Part shown: piece by piece, positions 26,611-39,764 of the stretch
Position numbering within the stretch: position 1 is the stretch's first letter
Layout: each line of letters opens with the position of its first letter
Source of the DNA: Eledone cirrhosa
Taxonomy: Eukaryota
Length of the DNA stretch: 64,000 bases
Assembly: GCA_964016885.1 (NCBI GenBank)
Contig: OZ024743.1
Span: 308,574,001 to 308,638,000, forward strand
Direction: 5' to 3'
Notes under the pieces: generated by a model
The model's database searches: none
The model's input: the letters and a program-made list of their open reading frames with translations, nothing else
What the model was told of the DNA's origin: nothing
Made by a program: the position numbers and the translations under genes

Positions 26611-27977
26611 GGGCATCCAGTTGTAGAAACCAAGTCAGAAATGGCTCAGTCACCTGACCTGAATTGTCTCAATGTGACAACCTATCTAACCTAGAAAAAT
26701 GGACTTTAAACGGTGTTGGTGAATGCAATGATCAACCCTATGCTGTATAGGTCACTTATCTAAGGTGTTGAACTAAGCCTGCATCTATAGTATTTTCCCC
26801 CATATGTATAGAACTTTGTAAAACAAATTTTTGTTTCATTTAATGCCCTATTAAAAACTCGGTATGGCGTTTGTCCGTGATATGCAAGTTTAGCAACTAT
26901 TTACCGTTATACACAAAACTTAATTGTTCGTACGTTAGTCAGCAGAGTTCAAAGCGTATAAATAATTCTTGTCGTGGCTTTGCACCATGTTTTAATTATA
27001 TTGCTTGCCGATATAGTGAAGTGAAAGCACGTGGCTTAGAAGTTAGGATGTTCGGCTCATGATTGTAATAAGGTTGAGAGTTCGATTCCCGGGGGCGCGT
27101 TGTATCATTGGTCAAGACACTTTAGTTTATGCTCTTCCAGTCCACTCAGCTCGCAAAAATGAGTTATGCTTGTGTTTCAGGGGACTGGCCTTGTTACACT
27201 GTATTAAGCTGAAACTGAGTTTCCCTGAGATCTACGTTAATTTCACTATCATGCTGGAGGTCTAACAAACGATACAGTAAAAGAATAAGTGAAAAATAGC
27301 ACCCCTCCCTCCTCGTAAATGTTGGATATAATCTTTTTTCTCGGAATTCTGTTTTGAACTTCACCTGCTGAGGCCCTTCTTTAAAAAAAAACAACAACAT
27401 ATATAATTCACACACACACTTTGATGATTTTGTGTTAAAGAATAAAAACTGATAAAATGAGGCCCTCGAGAGTGTGTGGCCCTAAATTATAGCTTATAAG
27501 TCCCGCACCCCACTCTTAAGTACTTTTTTCATGTTTGGCTGCCATGTCAAGCGACCACCTAGAGGGTGGATATCTTGTTCGTGAGAGATAGCAGAATTGT
27601 GATTTAGCCAAAAATATTTTTCAAAATTTCGTTTTAATTTTTGTCTTCTAATTTTTATTGATTTGTTTCTTTTGCAAATCATTTATTATACTTATGGACA
27701 TTTTTGAATTACTTCTATTTTTTTTAAATAAAATAAATATCTATAAATTTATTTGCTGAATATTCCACTTTATTCTTTACTTGGGCTTGAAATAAATTTT
27801 CTTTTTAAAGAAAGTTAAGTGGTGTTTTGAACATATCTCACTGACCGCGTATAAAGCTGACTAAGCCACGTCTTTTATTTTTGTTGCTATAATGGGGTGA
27901 AAGATAAGTACCAGCATGTGGACCCGGCAATGGGTTAACCCCACAAAATGAAAATAAAATTGCGTGTGTGTGGGGGA

Positions 27978-28015
<38 letters not shown>

Positions 28016-28696
28016 AAAATTTTGAATCTTATTGTTAAAAACGTAGAATATCCGACCCCCCCCCCCCCCAAACAAACAGATTAAATTATGGCTATTAATT
28101 TTGCCTTTCATCTTTATGGGGTCGATTAAATAAAGCACTGAGGTAATTGCTGGTCTTGTACCAAAAGTAGAAACAATTATTTAAAAGTTCTACCAGTGGC
28201 TACTAGCAGTGTTTTACGTGTGTAAAATACTTGATGGAACTTTATTCTTAAATTGATGTTTATTCTTAGTCTAGTACCATTGGCCTCACAGACGTATAAT
28301 CAAAGGTGTTTCATCTAGGACCAGCACGTCTTTTCTATTCAGACCTAATATAATATTTAGGACTACATTATCCAATGGGTCAGTGTCCCCCCCCCCCCCT
28401 ATTTTTACATCTAATCCCATCCAGGGCCTTCTCACTCCCTGGTTAACCTCCCACTGACTGTTTGGTATTTATCAAGTATTCATCAAGTATTCTAAGTTCA
28501 AATCTCGTCGTGGTCAACTTTGTCTTTCATCCTTTTCAGGGTCACTAACCTAAACTAACAGTCAATTACAGTTGATTCCTAGAATGCATCCGAGATATAT
28601 ATGGAATTATAAACGGAAGACAAAATATTGTCTTCTAAATGATTCTACACTCGAACGAATTAAAGTTACGCGCCTGTAGAAAGCAGAGTATAGGCA

Positions 28697-28698
<2 letters not shown>

Positions 28699-28752
<54 letters not shown>
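28699..28752. repeat. (TA)n microsatellite
   Basis: Uninterrupted AT dinucleotide run; further runs near 28838, 28966 and 30370. Confidence 0.95.
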
Positions 28753-28754
<2 letters not shown>

Positions 28755-28834
28755 CGAAGGAGGTGTGGTAAGGAACCAGATGGACCATAACGCACCAGAG
28801 TACTCAATAGTTAGGGTAGTAGAGTGAGTAATAG

Positions 28835-28867
<33 letters not shown>

Positions 28868-28965
28868 AGAGAGAGAGTTTAATACTTTAAACAATGTTAA
28901 CTGCACGATAAAAAAAAACAATAAAAAATATAAAAACAATCACAGTACTTACACGCTCTGTCGAT

Positions 28966-28998
<33 letters not shown>

Positions 28999-30563
28999 GT
29001 GTGTGTTATTTTTTTAATTCTCCGTGTTGACATCTTATATTCCATTAATCCAACTGTTTATTCGTAAAATAATCAACCACCTTTTTTTTTCTCAATTAAA
29101 TCAGTGACAGTTTTTTGTCGTCATCCCTTTTTTTTTGTAAACCAACTTGTCATTCTCTCCTCAATATAATTTCTTATCACAATAGTAATACATCGTAGAC
29201 TAGCTGGATCTAAAACTGGCGTATTGTTCTTTCATACGCTTTCAGATATTTTTTGTCATAGCCCAGCGGCCCAGCAGTGGTTATAAATTCTGTTTCTCTC
29301 TCTCTCTGTGCGTGTGTGTGTGCATGTATGTGATGTTCTGTGTGCATGTATCAGTAGATGTGTATTTATGTGTGTTAAGCGCTTCATAAACACGTGTACC
29401 CATAAACGTAATTCTCAAGATCCAGTGTGATAAAACTGGCCCTTTGAATCACAATCGTCGTCGGAAGCGACGTGGACCCCTATTTTCTGTGTATCTATGC
29501 GCCTTACTGTCTGTATGTATGTGCCTTCCTCTGTGTATGTATATACTTTTCTGTGTGCCTTACTGTGTGTATGTATGTGCCCCCCTTCTGCCTTTCTGTG
29601 TATGTATGTGACTCTCTGTGTATGTATGTGCTCAAATAACACCGATGCCTTTAAACGGAGGCAGCACCAACGGTAGCAGCATCTCACACGGCTGTTGCTA
29701 TACTATCGGTTGCTACCGCTAAAACAGGTACCACCACACCATCCTTGATGTGACGTTGTGGGTGGAGCCGGGGTGGTAGTGGTGCTTTATATTTCTGTCT
29801 GCCTCTCCCCCTGTTACTACTACTACTGTCTTTTCTACTGCTTCTAATGAGAACTTCTCTTGTCGCTACATGTGTCTCTAGAAGAGTTTATTTTCTTTTT
29901 ATTTAAATTTCAGTTTAGTTTAGTTCCCACTACTACTGATGTAGTACATATTTAACTACATACTTATACACACGCACTGCTCAGAAGTTATACGGATGGC
30001 TTTCCTATCTTGTTTACTAAGTCTGATTAAGCCGTTTTTTTCACGTCTCTACACCTCGCCATCTTCTCAATATCTGCTTGCTATTTCTTATGTTAATTTC
30101 AGCCTGTCATTATTTATATCAAACATATCGGGATTACAAACGTGAATACCAACAGCAATTCTTCTCGACATCAACAACAACAGTAGCTATAACATATCGA
30201 GAAATATTTGCTAAACGAAAGTTAAATATATAACAATTTTTTCCATATAGAAGAACGTCGTCTTTCAGTGAATTAAACAACAACAACACATCGAGGAATA
30301 TTTTTGAAAACGAAATGAAAACTTCTTTCTATTGTATATTATAGCACAATATTTTATTTCTATTCCAATTATATATATATATATATATATATATCCGTAG
30401 GTGTGAAAAAGGCAAACGGTACCCAATCGGGAAATGGGATATGATCAGTATTGGGCTTTGAAGCTTTACATAGCGCTTTTGTTCTGTGTATGAACATAAA
30501 TAATATATATATATGAATTAATTAGCGGGTTCGTTTGTGATATCTAATAAGCCTCAGTTAGGA

Positions 30564-31166
30564 ATGGAGGCCCCCAATTTTACCAAAGATTACGAAGACA
30601 TTGTGAAAGAAATCAAAGACTTTATTGCTTCTCTTAATATTTCAGATGAAGAGGACCAGTCCTGTACAAACCCTTGCTTCATCGGCAGCAACAACAACAG
30701 CAATAGCCAGCATCAACTCCAGTGCAGTTTATCGTCCTCCACATCATCATCATCTACATCAACATCATCATCATCATCATCTTCATCGTCGACCAACAGT
30801 CTGTTGTTCACAGCCAGTATACCACCAACATTATCCTCATCTACAGTCAACTTTGTCACTGCCAACAGTTTGTACAATTCAACCCTCAAAGGGGGCTTGG
30901 TTGGCCCCACTAATATTTCTACAAATACTATTACAACTTCAACACCACCACCAACAGCAACAACTACTATCACATCTCAGATACCAAGTACACCTGAGAG
31001 TACTATTATCAAGACTAGCAACAATTTCATCCAAACTTCTAAACAAGCTGACCCCCCAAGCGTCAACCATACTTTTGCCACCAGGAAAATGGCTGACCAT
31101 ATTGGGGGTTCAAACCCCAAACGAGTCAAAGCTATGCACAATTTCAAGGGCTCTAACAATGATGAA
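30564..31166 (+). CDS. ARHGEF7: First visible coding exon of a PIX-family Rho GEF (ARHGEF7/beta-PIX/RtGEF-like): S/T-rich extension + start of SH3 domain
   Basis: Open 201-codon frame from ATG 30564, with a second in-frame AAAATGG at 31089 giving MADHIGGSNPKRVKAMHNFKGSNNDE. This resembles PIX SH3 starts as I recall them (vertebrate VVRAKFNFQQTNEDEL, fly VVQAEYSFMGSNNDEL). Consensus donor GAA|GTAAGT at 31166/31167, phase 0. Identity rests on ~15 residues. Confidence 0.75.
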
Positions 31167-31323
31167 GTAAGTTTAATTTCTTATATTTATAGTTTTTTCT
31201 TTTTCTTATTGATTGTACACTATTAATATTGATTTTTATTTTTTAATTTTTTATTATCTAAGTTTTTTTTGTCTGCATGTATTGTATATAGAATTGTCAC
31301 ACACATGTATATATATATACACT

Positions 31324-31357
<34 letters not shown>

Positions 31358-31599
31358 ATCGTCACACACGTGCATATATATACATTTGTATGTCTATTTA
31401 TTTGTCACACACTTGTGTGTGTATATGATTTCATACACATTTGTGTGTATATTAGTGTCACACACATATATGCACACATTTGAAACCTATCCACACACAT
31501 TTGTGTATGATATATTTGTGTCACACACGTATGTATGTATATGAAGGAATGCTGTTGATTTAAAACAACAAAAATGTTATGGATTTTGTGAGTTACAAT

Positions 31600-31960
31600 A
31601 GTAAAGCCAGGTGAAATAGCTGAGGCGTGAGAGTCACTTTAGTAAAGTCAGGTGAAATAGCTGAGGTGTGAGAGTCACCTTAGTAAAGCCATATGAAATA
31701 GCTCAGGTGTGATAGTCACCTAAGAAAGCCAGGTGAAATAGCTCAGGTGTGAGAGTCACCATACTAAGGCCAGATGAAATAGCTCAGGTGTGAGAGTCAC
31801 CATAGTAAGGCCAGATGAAATTGTTCAGGTGTGTGTCATAATAGTAAAGCCAGGTGAAATGGGTCGGGTGTGAGAGTCACTTTAGTAAAGCCAGGTGAAA
31901 TAGGTCGGGTGTGAGTCACTTTAGTAAAGCCAAGTGAAATAGGTCAGGTGTGAGTGTCAG
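31600..31960 (+). repeat. ~41-bp minisatellite (8 units + a ninth running into a tRNA) built from a tRNA-Phe 5' half
   Basis: Unit AGTAAAGCCAGGTGAAATAGCTCAGGTGTGAGAGTCACYWT; starts at about 31600, 31641, 31682, 31722, 31763, 31804, 31843, 31884 and 31923. Confidence 0.9.
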
Positions 31961-32003
31961 ACTGAAGATCTAAAGGTCCCTTGTTCAATCCTGAGTCTCA
32001 GCA
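31933..32003 (+). pseudogene. tRNA-Phe(GAA) pseudogene
   Basis: AGACTGAAGATCTAAAGGTCCC matches metazoan tRNA-Phe exactly (anticodon GAA at 31964-31966). Acceptor, D and T stems carry mismatches. Confidence 0.85.
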
Positions 32004-33872
32004 TCTGGTAGCTGGTCTACTACTTTCATTCTCTGATAGGTTTGTGGTTGAGCCTGTGGTAGTGGAGACTTCTGCTGTTTTTAGTTTCTGGACCACATCC
32101 CTACTCATAACAAACAGGGTGGAGTTGGCTACCTGCAAATGTAAGCCCCCGTGAGTTGGAGTGGCTGTTTCAATGCGTCTTCTTCACCATCTTCTGGGAC
32201 CATGTCTTCTCCATCCTATTGGCCGGGACCATGTCTTCTCCATCCTATTGGCCGGGACCATGAGGCAGACTAACCCTTAAACAATGAGTAGTAAATACAG
32301 ATCTCCCTCACACATACAGTAAAGTTATAAAACTTGTTATATTCAAATATTTCAGTCTATAAATTCAATACAGATACTAAAACTGCTTAGTTGTTTGTGT
32401 TTTGGTTGAGCTGTTTATATCCCACCATGGTATGCTTAGGCTATATTCTAAAGTTAAGGTAGTAGAATGGACAAGAAGAAAGAGAATGGATCATTGGAAG
32501 TGCACTGAACAAATTAAGATTTGATGCATGGTTTGGTGAGTTCACAGTACCAATATCAACTCCTCCCCCATGCCAGAATAATATTATTGTAGTTTAGTTA
32601 ATACAAAGCATTATGAGATATGTAATAAATGACTGATAAGTTTCGAAAAGCTGGTACAGTGTGGTAGAAATGTATAAAGGGTAAAGGATGACAAATAAAA
32701 CAAGATAAAGTAATGTTTTACTCAATATATTTCAACATGATATTTCAGGGCTATTATCCTTTTTTTAAATGGTAAATGGAAACAGTTCAAAACAAAAACA
32801 AACAACCAATGTGTTCTTCCCTAACTAATCTATATGTCTGAAGTAAACAAGTGCTGTGTGTATCAGGCTTAGAATAGGTACACCATATTCCTGTGTTGTA
32901 TGAGATGACCAAAAGGGTTGGTGCCAGGAAGGGCTTTTGACCATAAAACATTACCTCAAAAAGGTCTCTACAATGAGTATTAAGCCTGTGAAAGTGTCCA
33001 CAAGTTAATCTCTACTTTAGCAGGGAAAATGGACTTAAAGCATTTGTGCGTGTGTTTAAGTAAACCGATGAAAACTGTTGGTGATAAAGGTTATTACATA
33101 AAATTATGATGAAAAGTTAAATGATAGTATGAATAGTTTTGTAACACACATGGACATGCCTACGCACCTGAGCACTACACAATATTTTCATTATTATTAT
33201 CATTATAAAGCCAGTTTCAAGCTGGTTAGTATCAAAAGTATTAATGGTAAAGTAGGAGGAGGAAGAGAACAAGGAGATATATGTATATGACACTAATTGG
33301 TAGTATTTTCCTGTACAATTAACCACCTATTAAACATGTCAAAAAGAAACACCGAATGTTTACTACTCACTGTTCAAGAGTTAGTCCGTTTCATGGTCCC
33401 GACTGACGAATGAAGAACACATTGTCCTGGAGTATGGCGAGGGAGACGCTCTGGAACATTCACTCCAACTTGCACAGGTCCCTCTTGTGAGTAGCCAACT
33501 CTGCCCAGACAGCAGTGAGAAGGATGTGGTCTGGGGGCCAAGAATACCAGTAGTCTCGAAGTTGGACTGTAAATTTCTAGTTTTTATTTGAGGGTTTTCA
33601 CATTTACTCTTGGAGGACATGTGAAAGCCATGGGCACTGTCACTTCCTCTCAATCTTCCAGGTGGAAAATAATTAAATAAAATAGAATAAAACAGCAAGC
33701 ATATTTCCTCTCACTATCTTTTTCTCTGACTATAACCTAAAAACTCATCTTTGTACATTTGTCATATTTAGCATGTGGCTGGATTTGGCTTTTTATATCT
33801 TAGTCTATATAATGTTACTTTATTTTACATTTTTAATAAAAATAATTTTAAAGGAAATTGTATTATGATACA

Positions 33873-33881
33873 GTGTGTGTG

Positions 33882-33927
<46 letters not shown>

Positions 33928-33950
33928 TGTGTGTGTGTGTGTGTGTGTGT
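33873..33950. repeat. (TG)n microsatellite, interrupted
   Basis: Long TG run with two GA interruptions. Confidence 0.95.
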
Positions 33951-35416
33951 ATATACATTAATTTATATCAAAGTTAGACTTTGATATAAAAGATATAGTA
34001 ACATACTTTTGCCTAGTTTTGTTGTTTATATTTTTTGTGTGTCTGTTATCTCAGACATGATATAGATGGCTGTTGGGATTTAAACATTTTTGTCTAGTAG
34101 AACATTTTATCACTGTTTTCCTTGTTTCTTATTCATTTATTCACTTTGTGTTGAGAGAATCATTACAACATTGGACAAATTGCCTTGCAATTTGTTCTTG
34201 TTTTCAATATTCTGAGTTCAAATGAAACAGATGTAAACTTGTCTTTCATTCTTCCAGGGTTATTATAATAAACTACTAATATATTACTGGGGTTGATATC
34301 CAATCCAATCCAATCCCTGGCCTTCTCACTCCTGTTGGAGGAACCCTTCACTGTTAGATCTCCATAGCTTTCTGTTTGGTTTTGGTCATATCAGGGGTGG
34401 TGCTGTACTCACCACATTTGGGCAGTTGCGGATTGGTGAGGCTATTTAACTCATAGTTGGGGTGAATGGCTGTTGATTCTGAGTTCATCTGTCCTTTTTA
34501 CAGCTCTTGTCTTTTGTGCTACTGGGGTTCCACTTATCCTCCTCACCAAACCAGGGTCTAATGGGGGCGAGCTAGTTTAGTTGCTGACCATTCGACTATG
34601 AAGCAGGTTGTACTGGTTACATGGTACTAGTAGCAGGCAGAAGCCTGACCTGATAAAATAAACTACAAATACATTATTGGGGTTGATAATAATCAACTTT
34701 CCTCTCTCTTGGCCTTGTGTTTTAATTAGAAAACATGTAAGCTTGATAGGGAAGCTTAAACAGTTTACTTTTTCATTTGAACTCTCGAAATGGTTTAAGC
34801 TTGACTGTCAAGGCTTACATAAAATGAATAATATCTACACACTACATTTTTTTGAAGTATCAAGTACCCAGTTGAATAAAACCACATGCACTGGTTGTGG
34901 CGGTTAACCTCCATTTTATTAATCAAATAATTAATCCATAATTCATTTGATTTATCACCTAATTAATTAGTTGTCAGTCTTTTCTTCAGTCTGTGATCTT
35001 ATTGAAGGCTATTTATTGTCCCCTATGTCTCTACTTCTTCCCCATGTATATATATAAGGGACATTCCCGATGATTTCCTTTTTTTAACTGTGATTATTTC
35101 CCGATTCCCTTCATGTGTATGTGCATATATATGTGTGTCTATATATGTATGAATGTGTGTGTGTGTGTATATATGTGTAAATATATGTATATGTGTGTAA
35201 ATATATGTATATGAGATCCTAAAGTTTGCATCATAACCTGAAATGGATCAGTTTAGCACAGAAGTTAAATATGCCTTGTGAAGGTAAAAAAAAAAAAAAA
35301 AAAAAAATTAATTTCAACATGTTTGTTGCAAATGAGTTGTTCATTTTTTAAAGAGTAGACTACATATTTAGCTGCATACACCCCAAGAACAATTATTTTT
35401 TTTATTTCATTTGCTC

Positions 35417-36040
35417 AACAATCATATAGTTGGTATATTTGTTGATCTCTTTTGCTCAACAATAATATAGTTAGTATATTTGTTTATCTCGTTTCCTCTA
35501 CAATATAGATAGGTTAATTCTTGATCTCATTTTCTCAACAATAATATAGTTAGGTTAATTCTTGATCTTGTTTGACCAACAATAATATAGTTAGGTTAAT
35601 TCTTGATCTTGTTTGACCAACAATAATATAGATAGGTTAATTCTTGATCTCATTTTCTCAACAATAATATAGTTAGGTTAATTCTTGATCTTGTTTGACC
35701 AACAATAATATAGTTAGGTTAATTCTTGATCTTGTTTGACCAACAATAATATAGATAGGTTAATTCTTGATCTCATTTTCTCAACAATAATATAGTTAGG
35801 TTAATTCTTGATCTTGTTTGACCAACAATAATATAGTTAGGTTAATTCTTGATCTTGTTTGACCAACAATAATATAGATAGGTTAATTCTTGATCTCATT
35901 TTCTCAACAATAATATAGTTAGGTTAATTCTTGATCTTGTTTGACCAACAATAATATAGTTAGGTTAATTCTTGATCTTGTTTGACCAACAATAATATAG
36001 TTAATATATTTGTTGATTTTGTTAGCCTGACAATTATATA
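35417..36040. repeat. 41-bp minisatellite with 123-bp higher-order structure (ABB)x4
   Basis: B=CAACAATAATATAGTTAGGTTAATTCTTGATCTTGTTTGAC; A=CAACAATAATATAGATAGGTTAATTCTTGATCTCATTTTCT. Degenerate units at both edges. Confidence 0.93.
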
Positions 36041-38733
36041 GTTAGTTAGTTGGGAATATTTTGTTTCCTCCATTTGTTGTTTTTATTCTCTTAGTTCTTA
36101 GTTCAGTGTAAGCCATATGTTACAGATCAGCTGTACACATTGCTTCTTCTGTAATCTTAATTCCTCCATCACTTCCTGTCAGTAACCTCATTCATTGCTC
36201 AGCTTCCCTGACATGCATCGTATTCCCTTTAGTTTGGCTCTTCAAATGGTCTCCACTTTTTCATATCTACAGTTTCTTTACTACATCCTCTAATCCGTGG
36301 TTTTTTTTTTTCTTAGAGTATCTGATAAAACATTTTCAGATGTTCTCTTTACAGAGAGAGGTTCGGCTTCATTAAAATATCTTACACTTGCAAAGGAATT
36401 GATGTCAAATTTGCATCCACGTCCTCCCTGGTGTTTGATAATATCTTTCTAAATCAAAATCATTTTCAACTGAAGTTGCTTTAATATTTTAATATTTTCC
36501 CCTGTTGTAAGCTGATAGTCTTCCCAGTTTTGCAACTTTGTAGTGAATGATTAAAGCAATCCAGGGAGAATTACCAGTTAAGAGGAGAGGGTAATGATAT
36601 TTCATGTTAAGAAAAGTCATATTTTCCCTATCTACAGGATATACTTCATATTTAGGGCTAGTCATGAAAAATATAAAGAAAGGAAGAAATATCTAGAATT
36701 TTAAAGATTTTAGGTTTAAAATTTCATTTCCGTTGTAAACCTTATGTATACAACTGGAAGTTTTGATGAGACTGTCTGATTTTGATATCTTTTTATTCAC
36801 AATTTTTTTAATAACCCTAACCCATTTCTGGAATATGCAATATATAATAAATATTTTCTTTTATAAATAGGCAAGACTGTTTGGTTAAGGAGTCTGATTA
36901 CAAATATGTGCTTTTGGGTTCACTCTCACCATGTGGCACCTTTGGCAAGTGTCTTCTACTATAATCTTGGGTTGACCCAATGTTTTGGGAGTGAAATTTG
37001 GTACATGGAAACTGCAGAAGACTATTTTGTGTGTGTGTATCCGTGTCTGTCTGTGTTTACATTTGTGTCATACTCTTGTCCTGTAATTTATTATCATCAT
37101 TTTACGTCTGCTTTTCCCTGCTTGCAAGGGTGGGACGAGCCCTATTTAGCACAGCTTCTCTCCACTTGTCACGGTCATTCGTCATCTCCTCCTTGAGTTT
37201 CAACGATCTGAGATCAGATCTCACCACCTCCACCCATGTTTTTCGTGGTCTTCCTCTACTGCGTCTTCCTTCTACTCGGACTTAATGGCTTAACAAAATC
37301 AGTATAAGTACCAGACTTTAAAATATAAGTACTGGGGTCAAGATGATCAATTAAATCTCTTCAAAGTGGTGCCCCATCATATTTGTAGTTTAATGATAGA
37401 AGCCAGTAAAAGAGTAAATCTTAATGATCTTTCCTCATGCATTTTGATCTAAAAAATGTAATTTAACAGTTACTAATTTTCATTTAGCAAATGAGTTTTA
37501 TTGGTTTATAAAGTTAAATGTTGATAATGATGATGATAGCATGTGTTGAAGGAAGAGGTGACACAAGCAGGCTCTGAAAGATAGCTGCAATAGAGGTAGA
37601 TCAAAAAGTTTGGGCATCCTCTTATAATGAACAGAGTTAAAAATTTGGGCCTTTAACTCTTTCATTACCATTTATCTAAGGAAATATACAATTTGAAAAT
37701 AATAAAAAATTGGTGGAATTTAGAAAAAAATAACTCCCTTCATTATTCAATTGATGTTTGGAACATGATTTAAAATTATGATGGAAGGGTTCAATATAGA
37801 CACTATAAACCAGTCTTTTATCATTGTAACAGGAGCAGTATTAGGTGGATTTGTAATCCCTTTATCATTTTTCTAACAAAAGTTCCTGCATATGATTTAA
37901 AAAAAAAAGAATTTGAAAGGATTTAGTAATATAACTAACTTTCTCATTGTACAGAATTTAACAAAGGTTGTTGCATAAAATAATTTTTGAAATTTTTTGG
38001 ATTAATATAAACATTTAAAACAAATAGTTTCATATCACAGAACCAGATATGGTTTCAGATGGTCTGGTATCAAAAAGGTTAAGATAAAGTTAATTCCTGT
38101 TGAAATGGAGTGTTGCAAATATGAAGAAAAAATAGCTACTAAATATAGGATAATCATTATGATGTTGAGTGTATTTTTCACGAGACCATAAAAATGATAC
38201 AGTCATCTGTTATCACAAATAGTTTAGAAAACATTTTATTTGACATTCATCTCGTCAGTATTTAGTTGAGAACATATCTCCACATTTTGAAGAAGTACTC
38301 TTTGGCTCTTAGTGAATTAGTAATGTTTGGTGATTGGTGCTCTGCTTTCTAGAATGTTAGAGTAACAATTAAACTTGACATTGTGGCAGTGAAACAATAG
38401 ATGTCTTGGACTGATACTAATCTTAATATACCATACCATTTCCTAGTGCCACTCATTATTGGCTGTCTCTTTCATATAATTATTTTACACTTTTGTTTAT
38501 TATTTCTTTTCTCTTCATTAATTAGACTCTTTAGAGGGTGGTGGATAGCTTGAATGGTTAGTGTTAGACAAAATGCTTTGCAGTATTCTGGTTGAGTTCA
38601 AATCTTGCTGAGGTCAACTTTACTTTTCATCCTTCTGGGGTCAATAAAATAAAGTACCAGTCTAGTAATGAGGTCAATTTAATTGACTTTCCTCTTCCTA
38701 AAACTGTTGGCCTTATACCTAAATTAGAAACCA

Positions 38734-38971
38734 TTAACCCTTTAGTTACCAACCCAGCCAAAACTGGCTCTGGTTCTATGAAATAAAATCACTCATTTTA
38801 AAGGATTCCAGTTTAAATTAAAATCTTCCAACATGATTTTATATAAGAAATATACATTAAGTTACTATCTTAGTAATAAAATGATTAATAACTTTAGTAA
38901 ATCCTTCATAATTCTTCATTATTTAATTAAAAAAGAGTGTATTTCAGTAGAAATAGTCATGAAAGGGTTAA
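38734..38971. mobile_element. TTAA-flanked piggyBac-like MITE (family 1)
   Basis: TTAACCCTTTAGTTACC...GTCATGAAAGGGTTAA; internal similarity to 40346-40577. Confidence 0.7.
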
Positions 38972-39362
38972 ATACACTCTTTAGCCACAATCAATTTAAC
39001 ATTTCTCAAAAATTTTTAGTTATTTCTGAAAGATTGTGTAACACTTTTATATAAGCAGGTAATTGGAATCATTATAATTGTAACATAAATTTTTTTTTTA
39101 AAAGATCCTCTCAAATGGGTAGGAGAGTCTCTCTTCTACTTTGACACCCTTTAACTTCCAGGGAGTTATGCCCTCTGGGCAATCCAAGTAATTTCAAGTT
39201 GTGTAGATCAGTGCGTTGAGTACTAGGAACACAGTAACATTACACTGGTGGGCTTAGATTATGCTTTAGGAAATGTTTTTTTAAAACATATTGAACCCAA
39301 TATGTTTTTTTGAATTTCTCTGCCCCCCATGATTTTCTTGCTCCAGCATATATGCCTATCAA

Positions 39363-39749
39363 TAATAATTGTCTACTTTTTACACAAGATTAGTCATGGG
39401 AATGGAAGGGCGAAGTTGATTAAATCAACACCAGTGTATTACTGGTACTTTATTTTATTGACCCTGTAAGGATAAAAGGCAAAGCTAACCTCGGTGGGAT
39501 TTGAATACAAAATGTAAAGGGCTGTAACTATATGCTGCAAAGCATGTTGTCCAGCATTATTGATACTGCAATTGGTGGATTGGCAGTATCAGTAGAGGGT
39601 CGGACGCCATGCTTTCCAGCATAGTTACGTCCCTTTACGATCTGAGTTCAAATCCCGCCGAGGTTGACTTTGCCTTTCATCCTTATGGGGTCGATAAAAT
39701 AAAGTACCAGTAATGCACTGGGTAATTGCTGGCCTTGTGCCTAAAGTAG
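39363..39749. mobile_element. Head-to-head pair of family B SINEs (older minus copy 39363-39570, young plus copy 39573-39749)
   Basis: TACTGGTACTTTATTTTATTGACCC...GATACTGCAAT directly abuts GGTGGATTGGCAGTATC...GATAAAATAAAGTACCAGTA. Confidence 0.8.
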
Positions 39750-39764
39750 TGCAAATCCACAAGA

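Noticed and set aside
30625-31170. Overlapping His/Gln-rich ORF and antisense Asp/Val-rich ORF
   Set aside because: Alternative frames of the (TCA)/(ACA)-rich exon; only the 30564 frame leads into the SH3 motif at the donor.
31933-32003. Functional tRNA-Phe gene
   Set aside because: Acceptor stem pairs only ~4 of 7, the D and T stems are disrupted, and there is no adjacent oligo-T terminator.
31600-36040. 41-bp arrays as CRISPR arrays
   Set aside because: Units are contiguous with no unique spacers, there are no cas genes, and the context is eukaryotic.
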